Assembly (NCBI RefSeq): GCF_009914755.1
Contig: NC_060934.1
Reading direction: 5' to 3' (one strand)
DNA length: 64,000 nt
Source: the human T2T-CHM13v2.0 reference genome, Homo sapiens
The stretch's first letter is position 1. Every line of letters begins with the position of its first letter. Below are positions 13,980 through 28,697 of the stretch, one piece after another. Under the pieces are notes generated by a model, which worked only from the letters and a program-made list of their open reading frames with translations, had not been told where the DNA came from and did not search any database. The position numbers were made by a program, and so were the translations under genes.

Positions 13980-16492
13980 GTAGACTTTCTTTTCTCTATT
14001 TCTACCACAAAGTGCAACTGAAAAATTTGGACATTATGTGTAAAACAAACATAAGACTGAAAGGCTGACAAAGAAGGCAAGTTGGCTAAAGACTTTGGGA
14101 CCCAGGAGATGAGACAGTGGTGAGTTTCCTGGTTTTCTTTTCACTTTGTGTACTCCAGACTCTCAGCTGAAGAAGTTACCAACTCAGAAGTGCCAATGAG
14201 AGCAGACAAAGCTTGCTCTCTCTAGTCAAAGGACCAACAAAGGCATAGTCTAGCAAGACAGAACATGTTTAGACAGTAATCACTATATTCCAACCAAACC
14301 CACCCTCAAATACACCAGCAAAGCCAAGTGGGAAGTCTAGACTTTCACTCTCATGATAGTGAAGCACCACAACACCGTTACAGACGACAAAATAGGGAGC
14401 TGGGATTTTAGTAGTTGTCTCTCAACAATTAGTATAACTAGATAGAAAATCAAGAACATCATAGAACTCAAAAACACCATTAGAAATAGGAGTGTTCATA
14501 GAATATTCCACCCAACAACAGAATGTACATTTTTAAGTGTCCACAGAGCACATACCAAGGTAGATCATAAGATAGGCAATAAAATAAATTTCAACAAATT
14601 AGAAAAAGTTGAAATCATACAGAGTATGTTCTTTAAGCACAACAAAATCAAACTAGAAATCAATAACAGAAAGTCAACAAGAATATATTTAAATACTTGG
14701 AAACTAAATAACACACTTCTAAATAATCAATGAGGCAAAGAGAAAGTCTCAGTAAAAGTAAAAAGTACATTGAATTGAGATGCAAATGTTTTCCAGGAAG
14801 AGGGAACAGTTCTCGCTTTAATGAAGCTATTATTACTCTGATACAAAAACCAGGTAAAGACAGTACAAATGAAGAAAACTAAAGACTAAGATCTCTCATG
14901 AATATAGATGCAAACATCCTTGAGAACATGTTAGAAATAGAATTTAGTAATATATATGAAAATTGTTTGTTATAACTAAATGAGGTTTATTTGGGAGTGC
15001 AAGGCTGGATCAACATTAAAGAAACAAACAATATAATTCAACATATCAACAAACTAAATATAAAAAGCCATATGATACCATCAATTGATGCACAAAACAA
15101 AATTTGTTAAAGTTCAACATGTATTTATAATAAAATATCATCAAGTAAAGAATAGGGTGAAATTAACAAACACCTACAAAAAAACCCTCCAGCAAATCGT
15201 ATACTGAATGCTTTCACCCTAATATTGAGAATAAGATGAAGATACTGTCATCACCATTCTTATTCATCAGAGTGCTGGAAGTTCAAGATTGTGAAATAAG
15301 AAAAGAAAAGTAAATCAAAGTCGTATAGATAGAACACGAAGAAATAAAATGTTTTCTATTTAAAGATAACATAATTGTTTACATAAGAAATACCAAAGAA
15401 TCTACAAAACAATTGCTAGAACTAATAGTTCAGTAAGGTCACAGAATGCAAGGTAAACTTATAAAAATAACTATATTTTTGTAAACTAGTAATGAATACA
15501 TGACATTGAAATTAATAAAATCAATACCATTTACCACCTGCAGTTTTAGTAGAGAGACAGACAATGGAAGGGCACAGATAAACAAAAAATAGACCCATAT
15601 AAATAGGCCCAATTAAATTTTGACAAAACTGCAAAAGCAATTCAATAGATTAGAAGAGTCTTTTCAACAAAATTATGTTGGAGTAATTGGATACCATAGG
15701 ACAAAAAAGAGAAACTCAATATAAATCTCATTATGTATTTAAATATAAAATGTAGAACTATAAAATTTAAACAAATGAACAGAGATTGTCTTTAGATTCT
15801 AGGGCTAAGCAAAGAAGTCTTAGTATTGACAGCAAAAGTATAATCAATAAAATAAGAAAAATAAGTTGGATTTGTTAAAATTACTGATCTTTGTTCTGCA
15901 AAAGACCCTGTGAGGAGGATGAAAAGACAAGCTAAACTCTGGGAGAAATTATTTGGAAACCACATATCTCTGAAAAGACTAGTGTCTAGAATACATAAAG
16001 AAGAATCAAATGTCAACAGTAAATAAAACCCAATTAGGAGATGGACAAAAGGCATGAACAGACATTTTGTTGAAGAGGAGACACAGATAGCAAATAAGCA
16101 CAGGAAAACATGTTCAACTTTATTAGTCACTGAAAAATGAACATTAAAACCATAATGAGTTGTTTTAATGGGTACATATTACTATGTAACTATCAGAATA
16201 GGTAAAATAAGAAAAGTAGTTACAACATCAAATTCTGGTGGAGATAGAGAGAAACTATGTCATTTAAACATTGCTTGCAAGAGTGTAATGCAGGCATGCT
16301 AGGATAAAATGCAAAAGTTTTGTAAAAATCTAAACTAAGCGAGCAATCCCCATATGACTCAAATTCACATTTGTAGATATTTTTTCCAGAGAAATGAAAT
16401 CATCTGTTTATATAAAAACTTATACATGGGTTTATAGTACCTTTATTTGTAATAGCCAAAAGACTGGAAACAAACCAGATGTCTTTCAGTGA
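13980..16492 (+). mobile_element. Ancient L1M (L1MC/MD-like), multiply internally deleted
   Basis: 5'UTR-like start followed by collinear but gapped ORF2 pieces (endonuclease, RT and C-terminal motifs such as gaaatcatacagagtatgttc, gaatatagatgcaaacatcct, ctggaaacaaaccagatgtc); ORF 15792-16130(-) is antisense L1. Confidence 0.8.
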
Positions 16493-17045
16493 GATGAGGT
16501 AGAGGTGCATAGGCAATATTAGTAGCAAATTCTGATGGGAAGCTCAGAATTCCACCTCTTCCATCCTTCATTCTTAAGAGAAAATGTTCTGACATGTCTT
16601 AGAAGCAGAATAAAGTTCCTGAGCCCACAGACAGAAGGGCTTTGGCAGAATGGTGGCTGGGGTATAGCAGGGGAGACCTTAATACTCCTCTCTTAATATT
16701 TGGATCTACTCATTCAGCAAATGTTTCTGTATTTACTTTTTATTAGCTTTTGTTGCCCTAAATCATGAACCTCTGGATGCCTCTTTCTCAACGTAAACCC
16801 ACAACTTAATGTCAAGAAGCTATCAAGGTAGGGTTCAGGGGAAGGGAGCATTGGGCAAGCTGCTTAGACAGCTTCTTGGTCATGTAATGAAATAAAAGGG
16901 CCAGGAAGGCTATGGAGTCCTAGAATCATGGTGGGAAAACAGACATGCACTTGGAACCAGAGCCCTGGCCAATGGCTAGAGGGCATTGTTCAGTATACAT
17001 TCTAGGTGGAAAGGGTAGATTACTGTATGAATCTAGCATGGTGTT

Positions 17046-17419
17046 TGTATTAGTTATTTTCATGTTGCTGATAAAGACATACCTGAGATTTGGTAATTTA
17101 TAAAAGAAAGACGTTTATTGGACTTACAGTTCTACATGACTGGGGAGGCCTCACAATCATGGTGGAAGGCAGGGAGGAGAGCAAGTCACATCTTACGTGG
17201 GTGGCAGCAGGCCAAGAGAGAAAGAACTTGTGTAGGGAAATTCCCCTTTTTAAAACTGTCAGATCTCATGAGACTCATTCACTATCATGAAAACAGGGCA
17301 GGAAAGACCCAACCCCATAATTCAATCACCTCCCACTGGGTTACTTCCATGACATGTGGGAGTTGTGGAAGTTACAATTCAAGATGCGATTTGGGTGAGG
17401 ACACAGCCAAACCATATCA
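17046..17419 (-). mobile_element. THE1 (THE1A/B-like) MaLR solo LTR
   Basis: tgtattag...ccaaaccatatca termini; perfect 5-bp TSD GTGTT (17041-17045, 17420-17424). Confidence 0.95.
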
Positions 17420-18052
17420 GTGTTCATCTGAGTTATGTGGGATTAGGGTTCTAAGTATCCCATTTCCACTTCATGACACAACTAATGGAGTCTGGAAAGA
17501 GGTGTTGAGAAACATGTATGGAGTATGCTAAATAAATCCTATGTTTATTTTAACTAATGTTTCTGAGTTGGTTCCTGTAGTTTTCATGTAAACTGAGTTA
17601 GACACCTCAAAGCAGCTGTGATAATAGATTGGAAGCCAATGCAGATAGGGGAATGTCACTTCAGCAACAGCACTAGCATTAGAGAACTTGTGTCCCTGTT
17701 AATGTGTCCAAATTTTCACAGATACTATAAATAAAGAGAAACAAATGGAATGATCCCAGAAACTTCTGTTGATTGGCAGTGACTTCTCCTGGAGTCTATG
17801 CTTCAGGCATTTTCTTGATGTTTCAGTATCTACTGAACATGATGCAGAACTTAATGCTCTTCAGAACTGGGTACTCCTAGTGTCCAGTCAAGCTTTGTGT
17901 TTGATTCACAGGTAGGTGGCAATGTGGAGATTACACCTGTTAGCTGGATGCTATGAGAATCTACCTTTCTGCCTGTTCGCTACAGTGGATAAATTATGTA
18001 GGAGAATGTTCTACCCAAGAGCCCCTTAATACACACAGTTTCTCTAAATACT

Positions 18053-18305
18053 CACACACAGACACACACACACACACACATTTAACACATCTATGTGTAC
18101 TATATGAATATAATATAAAAACATATGTATAAGCCACATATATAATCATATATAGGTTTTTCTCTTTTTCTAAATGCTTCTAATATATATACATACACAC
18201 ACATATGTATGTGTGTCATATAAATGTAATATAAAAACATATATATGCCATATATAATCTCATATATATGTATATATGCAGTTTCAGGTTTTTCTAAATG
18301 CTTCC
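18053..18305. repeat. (CA)n plus AT-rich low-complexity region with an imperfect ~120-bp duplication
   Basis: taatataaaaacatat...tttttctaaatgcttc occurs twice. Confidence 0.75.
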
Positions 18306-18434
18306 TATTACAACAACAGGCTCCATAATTTTCTATCAATAAGTTGAGACATGGATGATTATTATCTAGAGTACATTACACAGATATCTATTATATAGAT
18401 TATTATAATATAGATCTATTATATAATAGCTGCC

Positions 18435-18545
18435 ATTATATAGATCAGAAGCTGGGATCCTCACAGAGTTAAGCAGTTTTTATTGGGTTTCACAGCTCAG
18501 TTAAGTGGAAACATGGAGCAGATCCCAAGCCTTCTGGCTCCAAGG
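18435..18545 (-). mobile_element. MIR fragment
   Basis: cacagagttaagcag...tcacagctcagttaagtgg...ttctggctccaag. Confidence 0.5.
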
Positions 18546-18574
18546 GATTGTATCCAACAGTCATGACAATTCTA

Positions 18575-18635
18575 TTTGCGCAGTGTCTGGCACTTTGTAG
18601 GTGCTCAAAAATATTGTTGAGTAAATAAGTAAATG
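18575..18635 (+). mobile_element. L2 3' tail
   Basis: cagtgtctggcactttgtaggtgctcaaaaatattgttgagtaaataagtaaatg. Confidence 0.65.
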
Positions 18636-19298
18636 TCAAGAAGTCTTTGCATTCTGACCTGATTACCTCATTCTCTCTTCCTTGTTCTGATCTGCTGTGT
18701 CAGCCTAACAGGTACTCAATTTTTTTCCTGACGAGGTTGCTCTGTCACCTTTTGCCCGCCCATGGACTTTCTATAGTTTCTTCATCAAGCTCTTTACTAG
18801 CCCTGCCAAGGAGCAAATGTTTTTATTGGAACAGCATGAAATGTGACATTACTCGTAGGTTCTAGCAGAAAATTAGTGGTGGTGATAGCTAGTTCAGCAC
18901 AGCTGGGCGCAATTGTGTCTCCCTCCTGGAAGCAGGAAGCTGAGGGACTGCAGGGAGTTATAATGGTCTAATGACAGCTAATGTTGAGGATGGACTGGAG
19001 GCCCATAAATCAATCTGAACAGGGGGATGGCTTAATGAAATGCTCAGTACTTGCTTGCACTCTTCTGAGCATTGTTCATGGGTGTGTGTCTATTAATGGA
19101 CGCTTATTTTTTGCTACATAAGGGAAAATTATAAGCATTTTTATATAGAAAGTCTCAAAAGGCTAAGACATTTGTAGGTAGGTAGGCACACAGGTGAGGA
19201 AATATGAGGTCCACTTTTAGTTTCCAGAGCTCCAAGCTCGTGATTGTTTCATGGTCTGGTTTATCTTACATATTTGCCAAATTATGGATGGCTCTAGT

Positions 19299-19621
19299 GT
19301 CTTTTGTTTTTTTGTTTTTTTTTTTTTCTTTTTTTTCTTTTTGAAATGGAGTCTTGCTCTGTTTCCCAGGCTGGAGTGCAGTGGCACGATCTCAGCTCAC
19401 TGCAACCTCTTCCTCTCAGGTTCAAGTGATTCTTCTGCCTCAGCCTTCTGAGTAGCTGGGACTATAGGCGCATGCCACCACAGCTGCCTAATTTTTGTAT
19501 CTTTAGTACAGACAGGTTTTCACCATATTGGCCAGGCTGGTCTCAAACTCCTGACCTCATGATCTGCCCGCCTCGGCCTCCCAAAGTGCTGGGATTACAG
19601 GCGTGAGCCACTGCGCCGGGC
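19299..19621 (-). mobile_element. Alu (AluSg-like)
   Basis: Full dimer; 14-bp TSD tggatggctctagt (19285-19298, 19622-19635). Confidence 0.97.
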
Positions 19622-22600
19622 TGGATGGCTCTAGTTTTTAGCCTTGGTCTAATTTTTATTTTTCTACAATGTATAATGAGGTAGAAGTCTTAAGATAAAA
19701 AGAGACTAATGTCTAGTTAAGTCTAACACAATTGCCTCTGTGTTCTCCAGTCCAACCAATATTACGAACAGTTCTGATATCACAACCTTGGAGTCTGTTC
19801 TCCTCTGTTTATAGATTCTTTTGTTTCAAATATTTACCTTTTAGGAAGAATCAACATAAAAAGTTTGACGCTAACTATAAATTTTCTACAAAGGTGGGAT
19901 GTTTCCCAGTTCTCTAAATGGTTTCCTCTGGAGCTAAAATGCTTAGCAACAGTGATGTGGGATCAAAACTCCAGGACTCATTTAAGGCAGGTTCAAGGTG
20001 CAGCACCTTCTTTCTGTTCATTCATAGAACTGTTAAACAAGGAGTTGGCACAGCTTGTAAATAAACATGTCTTACATGAATTTTGCAAGTATTACATTTT
20101 ATATTTCCAGAAATATTGTTGAAATGGTATAATTTTCTCTTTGGGGAAAGAGAAGCACATATATCTTGATGGGATTTACTTGAGGATAATAATTAACAGT
20201 CACAGCTTACTATTTTTATCTTAATATTTTTTAATTTTTTCTAATTCTAGAAATTATTATTTAGAAATTATTGGTTTCTATTAATTTTTTCTTCTTTTGA
20301 AAAAATATATGATGAGAGTTAGAAAGCTTTAGACCTGTAATGGGTCATTTGCCCAAGGGAATCCTGGAAGGTGCCTATATAGAAAATTATCACAACCACT
20401 CATTTACAATTGAAAGTGATATTGAGATCTGCATGAGAGACTCCATTAAAACCTTTCTTGTGATTTTTTGAGTTGGTAGAAGTATCTTCTGAAGTGTGAC
20501 TACCTGAGTGTTTCTAGAGTATGGTGCCAACTAAACAGTTTGTCACAGAGATTGGAATGGAAAGTGGGAATTGCCGGGGACTATAGTGTTACTCTTCCAA
20601 CTGCTAATCTACTGGTTTTCAGAGGCACATTTAACACTATTTCTCTGTCCTCAACACAGGACAACACCCACTCTTTGTTACAATTTACTTCAAAGGGAGT
20701 AAAAATGAGTTGCATAGATGGATGTTAAGACTAGAGGGAGAAGAGGGTCATGATCCAGAGAAAAGGGCCATAGCTTACCCTAGAAACAAAGCAGAGAAGG
20801 AGGGCGAAACTATGCCATTAGAAAAAATAACCAGCAATTTCTTCAAAATCTCTTTCTCACAGCCATAATAATTAGGGGGACTGTCCCTCATGCTGCTGAC
20901 AAAGTTTGTCCCAGAGATGACCTTTTCATTTTTACCAGCCCTGACTTTCTGCACATTGACTCAGAATCATTCTGTCTGTCAACTGACTGTCTTAACCCTT
21001 TTCATGCTCAACTGTTTAGCCTAGGCTCTGCCAAGGATATCATACCAGGTTGGAATGACCACATGTCTTCCTTTAAACTAGACAAACACATGGCTAGCTC
21101 TGGCCCCAGGATTTTCTCTGTTTTCTCTCTTATTGCCTACAAATCTAGCTAATTATTATGAGAGATAAAACTGGGAGAAAATTCAAAGGCAGTGTAAGTG
21201 AGATTTTTTACTTCTAGGTCTCTAACTTTTAGTTCTATATTGCCCCATAATGTGACAGCTTTTACCTCTGATCATGCTATCCCAGAAACATACTGCAAGT
21301 GCTATACCCAGATCTTGGCAAAGGACTTCCAGGGGCAAATGACTTCTAGGGTGGTGAGAGCTGAAGTAAGTGCTATATGACTACTTCTTCAGTAAGTTTC
21401 CACTTGGAAAGTTCAATAGATATTTGGCCTCCTTGTTTGTCTTTCACTCAAATGTGGGTCAGAGCTAGGAAACATGCTATGATCTGCACCAGGGCACAGA
21501 AGAGGGTACTGGTTATTTTAGGTGCTTGGGTATAATTTATATGTTTTATGATATTACAACTATATCAGTCTTATATATATATAAATTATGTGTGGAAATT
21601 ATGTACTAATAAGTTATAGGTAGAGTGACTCTCATTCTACATAAAGTCACTCTGCTTATAGTCTGCTATCATCTAATAGTCTACTATTCTGAGACTGAAA
21701 ATGTAGTATGAATTTCAGATGTGCTTACTGAATCTAATAATGTGTACATCATCCCACAAAGAGAGATGAAGTTTTCTTACAAAAGGCTATGACCCAAGGC
21801 CTCCTCTGAAACACAGAAGAAAACAAAGGTTTTCTGGTTATGTATGATTCAAATTACCAGATAAAAAGTGTCAAGAATAACAAACTTGTAATCTTTCTTC
21901 AGCTGATAAACAGATGCCTCCTTTGGGTTATTATTAGACTTAGAAAGAAATAACCAGCTAATATTTCTATCAAAGTAAGGCTTTAATGCTCTCACAAGTG
22001 CCAGAATCATAAGGAAAATAGTCAGAATCTTTTATTCTTCCCTGAAGTCCCACACTTGGGTGACCTGGGCCATTCTCAGAAATCTCTGGCAAAGCTAGCT
22101 AATCGCTGGAGGTCATAAATAAAGACATTGCCACCTGCAAAAACATGTAGCTTCTTCCTGGAGTGGCTGGGAATTGGTGATAACAACCCACAATAACCCT
22201 GAGCTTAGGAATGGATTTACATTTTGTTATTATACATTTTGCAATTTTGGCAGTTTTGAAGGTAAAAATATGTCAAAGGGTAATATGTCTCAAGGACAGT
22301 CAGTGTTAAATCAATATTAATTAAATAGGCTTATTCTTATTTAACAAAGCACTGAAGTGTGGAGGAAGGGATCCGCTGTGACCATTTTCTGTAATTTTCT
22401 TTCACCATCTGTCAGGTAAGGTAAGACCTCCAAATCCCATATGTCAGCATTTAAAAAATATAGCCAATTTTCAGCTCAGGTTGCTTACCTAATGATGTAT
22501 TTACCATGTCTCAGTCATGATTTACCAGAGATAAAGCCGTATTACTAAGCAGAAAGGAACTGGGAGGAGCACCAACAAAGACAGTAGAACTTTTAAAGCA

Positions 22601-23037
22601 ACAAAAACATGCTGTTTTTAATTATTTTAATAAACTCAGAAACCTCAAAGGATGTGACAGCACATCCTTTGATGTGCCATGAAAAGGATATCTTTGGCCA
22701 TGAAAGATATAGAAGGAATCATGTATGGATCAGCTGAATTATGGAGATACAGTTTAAATAGTCTTTTAAAAGAATCAATTTTAATCTGTTAGGGACCGGG
22801 ATTCCTATTCCTAACTTAGCAAGATATAAAGCACATAAAGAAAAATAATCCATGACTGACAGATAAAAAACCATCCTGTGAATTAGTTATGTCCACTCCA
22901 GAGTGTAGGTATCTTAATGGGGTGGCCAATAAGATCTGGCCTTTGCTTCTGATGATGTTACTAAAAGTTGGTATTACGGGGTTCCCATAGGGGATAGATC
23001 ACCAAAGAGCCACCAGACAAAGCTCATTATAATATGA

Positions 23038-23434
<397 letters not shown>

Positions 23435-24288
23435 CATTCTGAGCTTTTTACACAGTAAAGTCCATCTCAAATATCATTACAACCATTTCTCCCACAGCCT
23501 CCCATAGTGCTATCTGGGATGCTGATTTAGCTAATGTTGAAGACATGTCTTAATTGAGAAGTCAGGGTACCTTAACTCAGGGCCTGAATTTCTACCTTTC
23601 CGTATTTCTTTTGACCTTGTGCTCCTGGCAGCAAATGCATACCAATTTTGGACTCCACTACGTAACTTCAGAAAATTACAAATGTTGGAAGTAATCCAGG
23701 AACTATTTTTGTATCCTTATTCCTATCACCATATCAAAGAGCAATGAGATGTAATCCTTGTCATCAGTGGTATTATTATCTGACATAAGGCATCAGATAG
23801 TTAAACAAATAAATATAATCACTTTGGTAGGGGCATGCATAAAATTTTTTCGACCTCAGAGGAAATATTTTTCTGCTAAGGTATAGAAACAATGAAATGT
23901 AGCCTTAAACATTCTCTACAAATATAGGGTTTACATCACTTCTGAGTTAGACTTGAATTTGAATTAGGACATGGATGAATTTCTCCCTGTCAAGGTATTA
24001 ACTTTCCCACATGAAAAAAATGTTTTCATGGGGATATCGACTTTTGACATGAATTCTATCTCTAACTCTCTGAGAGTGGGTTGCTCAGCAACAATGTAGT
24101 ATGTTTTTCTTGGGAGAGGCCCAAACATGTGCTTTTATAACACTCCAATCCCATATTTATTTAGATTATGATAAATGAATTTCTTCAATTATAGTAGTTG
24201 TTTTCTCTTATTTCTGCCTAAAATAACCCACTTCAAAAATCAAGGGTAGTTGCCCATTTTGAACTCTATGCTAGAATTTTTCAGGACT

Positions 24289-24606
<318 letters not shown>

Positions 24607-25064
24607 AGAATTTTCAAGTACTTAATTCATTCCTACAATTTATAAATTTTATTGAATACAATGTAGGCTATAAGAAAATATAATGATTTCTACTATATAA
24701 ATGTACAGCTATCATACTATTTTTGAGGAGCTCTAGTCATCCTAGGACTTATGCTTTAGGACAGATGAGTAAATCACAATGATGAAATTATATGGAATTT
24801 CTTAACCAAAATGTTCGAAAAAATTCCAACACTTTATCTTGTTTTTGAAAATAAACCAGGAGGGAAAACTAGCTTTAAAATGCGGATAGAAACTCACTCT
24901 TTTCTTATGTCAACTTCAACATTAAGCACTGTACAGTTAGAAACAGGTAAGATAGCCAAGAAGCTGACAATTCTCTGAATATCTGAATATTGCATTTGTA
25001 TTTTTACTATCTTTAAGAAAGAATTTCAGATTTAGCAAGAATCCAGAAAAAATGCATTTACTTA

Positions 25065-25571
25065 TATTAAATAAGGTCATGAGGGTGGGGTCTAATCTGA
25101 TAGGGTCAGTGGCCCTTAAGAAGAGGTCACTCCAAATGATGAGAACACATGGACATATAGAGGGGAACAACACATAATTGGGCCTTTCAGAGGATGGTGG
25201 TTGGGAGAAGGGAGAGGATCAGGAAAAACCACTAATAGGTACTGGGCTTAATACCTCTGTGATTAAATAATCTGTATACCCATGATTCAAGTTTACCTAT
25301 GTAACAAACCTGCACTTGTACCTCTGAACTTAAAATAAAAGTTTTAACAAAAAGAACCAAAAGAAAAAAGAAGAAGTAGTTCATCTCTCCCCTTGCATAC
25401 ACTGAAGAAAAGCTACAAGAAAGTGACCATCTGCAGTCCAGGAAGAGGGCTCTCAGCAATACTCAACCATGCTGTCACCCTGATCTCAGATTTCTAGCTT
25501 CTAGAATTGTGAGAAAATAAATTTCTGTAGAAGTTATAATATTTTGATATGGCAACCAGAACTGATGAATA
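25065..25571 (+). mobile_element. MLT1A-like MaLR LTR split by an L1 insertion
   Basis: gaggtca.. left piece (gagggtggggtctaatctgatagg) and right piece ending gaactgatgaataca. Confidence 0.75.
25131..25370 (+). mobile_element. L1PA13-like 3' end inserted in MLT1
   Basis: gagaacacatggacat...gtacctctgaacttaaaataaaagtt followed by an A-tail; degenerate TSD aagaagaggtca/aagaagaagtag. Confidence 0.88.
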
Positions 25572-26559
25572 CACCTTATCTGAAGAAACACATGCACCTT
25601 CTTAAGAAACAAGCTCATACCTAGATTTTGAGTATGTGAGCAATTGCAATTCCAAAATCCTGTTGTAAATTGGCCCTCTTAAAGCAACACCCTCCCTTTA
25701 ACCCTACAGTAGTCCTGGCTAACTTTTATTCATCCTTTATTGATCTGACAACAACTCAGGTGTCTTGAACTTATGACATTTTGTTCCTAACTAGTCCCTT
25801 TTCGTGAATAATCACTGATAGGTCAATAAAAAGTTCAGTCTTATATACTGTATACCAATTTTAGGTAATTGATAAATGGGAAATATATCATTATTAAGAG
25901 TAAGCAATAGTAAAGTAGTTTTGGTTTATACCTGGCAGATTCCCATTGGATAGAGATATTGGATGGAGACACCTCAATTCCTGAAAAAAAAAAATAATTG
26001 AAATCAGGTTCTGAAAGCATACACTACTACCTGAAAAACATGGTCTGAGAAAGCAGAAGCATTTCTTTGGAAAAATATATCATGTTGAATTTTTTTAGAA
26101 CTTAGCGTATAGAAAAAATAAGTAAATTTAAATCCTTTGGTAATTTAGATATGAAAAGCTTTAATACAGTAGTGGAGGAAGAATATAATCCAAAGATTTA
26201 ATTTAATTAAAGTGTTTGCTAATTTCTGATTTAAGAGGTTCTGGATTTATAAGCTGAAGGTCCAATTTGTTCTGGGACTATAACTCTGGGGAAAATATAC
26301 CTATCAGGTACTAAGAATCTTTAAGCCATATTATCTCTGAATCTACTTCCATTTTTAGTTTTAATTATATCCAGCATACCCCCTGGAATATGAAAAGAAG
26401 CAAATTAAGGAAGATGTCAACTGAGCAGATATAGATGATGGTCAATAATCCCAAGGGCATACTGGATGAGATGAGTAGGGAATTTAAATAACAATATCAA
26501 CATTAATCCAAGGTTAACTAGCATGAGGATCCAAAACCAGACAGATGATCTTCTCCCTG

Positions 26560-26945
26560 GTGTTAATTTTACTTCTTCTGAGTTTCTATTCTCAATGAAT
26601 TATCTACTTAATTGTTCATCTAGTTTACCTATTTGTTCAAACAAGAAACTTGTCATTCTTAAAATCTAATCCCCACATAGATCAGTCCCCAAATCCTTTT
26701 GATTTTTATACTTTGAATATCTCAAAAATCATTCTGCTGCTCAAATCACCTTTTACCAACTAACTTCAAGGTACCATTATCTTTCACCCTGCATCAGTCT
26801 CCTTACTATAGTACTGCTGTCTGATCTTGCACCTCTACTCCACTCTCTAAATCTGAGACAGGACAGTACAGTTTTACTGCACAGATCACTGTCGTGTTTA
26901 AGGCCTTTCAATGTCTTTCTTGTACCACAGAATAAAATACAAAAT
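26560..26945 (+). mobile_element. L2 fragment
   Basis: ccccacatagatcagtccccaaatcct...cagatcactgtc...cagaataaaatacaaaattcct. Confidence 0.55.
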
Positions 26946-26961
26946 TCCTATTTTAGTCACT

Positions 26962-28261
26962 CTTTATTTTATTATATATTGACAAATAATAGTTAGAGAT
27001 ATTTTCATGGTACAGAGTGATGTCATGATTTTTAGATACTATGTGGAATGATTAAGTCAAACTAATGACCATATCCATTGCCTTGAATATTTAACTTTTC
27101 TGTGAGGAGAACATTTGAAACTACCCTCTTTGCATCAAAATGTACAGTACTCAATGATTAGCAATATCTACCACACTATGCAATATATCTAAAAAATATC
27201 AAACATTCCTCCATCTAACTGAAGCTCTGAACTGTGGGACCATCTTCTCTTCATTCCCCAATACTCAGCCTCTGGTAGCTACCATTCTACTCTCTGGTTC
27301 TATGAGTTCAATTGTTTTATATTTCCTGTATAAGTGAGAACACGGGATCTTAGTGTTTCTGTGTTGGGCTTTTTCACTTTGTATAATATTCTACAGTTCC
27401 ATCCACGTTATTGCAAGTAACTTAAGACTGAATAGTATACTATTGTGGATATATGACACATTTTTTTTCTTTGTTCATTCCTTGATGGCCACTTACGTTG
27501 ATTCTGTGTCTTTGCTATTGTAAATAGTGCTGAAATGAACATGAGATTGCAGATATCTCGTCAACCTACTGATTTCAAATCTTTCAGGTAAATACCAGAA
27601 AGTGGAATTACTGGATCACATGGCACTTCTATTTTGTTTGTTTTCTGAGGAGCATTCATACTCTTTTCTATAATGGTTGTAATAATTTGCATTCCCACCA
27701 ATCACATACAAAAGTTCCATTTTCTTCACACCATTTCCAACACTTATTATCTTTTATCTTTTTGATAAAAGCCGTTCTAACAGTTGTGAGGTAATATGTC
27801 ATTGTGGTTTTAACTTGTATCTCCCTCGCGATTTGTGATGTTGAACATTTTTTCATGTTTCTGTTGCCATTTGTATGTCTTTTGAAAAATGTCTATTTAA
27901 GCCCCTTGCCCATTTCTTAATTGAATTTTTTACTTTCTATAGTTATTTAATTTCCTTATATATTTTGAATATTAATTTCTTATCAGATGTATGGCTTGCA
28001 AATATATTTTCCAAATCCATAGGGGGTTGCCTCTTCATTAATTGTTTTCTTTGTTGTGTAGAAGCTTTTATTTTAATATAATCCCACTTGTACATTTTTG
28101 CTTTTGTTGCCTGTGTATTTGGGGTCAAATGTAAAAAAATAATTGGCCAAACCAAAGTCGTATAGGTTTTTCTTTACGTTTTCTTCCTGTAGTTTTACAG
28201 TTTCAGGTCTTATGTTTAAGTCTTTTATCCTTTTTTGGATTTGATTTGAAGTTGATTTTTG
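26962..28261 (-). mobile_element. L1MA-type 3' fragment
   Basis: Antisense ORF2 C-terminus (minus-strand ORFs KKCSTSQIAREIQVKTTMTY, KWDYIKIKAS, KDLNIRPETVKLQEEN) plus L1MA 3'UTR. Confidence 0.9.
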
Positions 28262-28382
28262 AAAATACAAAATTTTTAACCTAAGTTACTAAGCCCAAAG
28301 TACCTGATTAATTCATCTCACCAGAATCATTCTACGTTACTTTCTTTAGTTTTTCAGTGTGACCCAGCCAAACATGGCTTGA

Positions 28383-28697
<315 letters not shown>

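Noticed and set aside
21615-21660. Hairpin tataggtagagtgact...agtcactctgcttata as a pre-miRNA
   Set aside because: The stem is only about 16 bp, too short for a Drosha substrate, and there is no other support.
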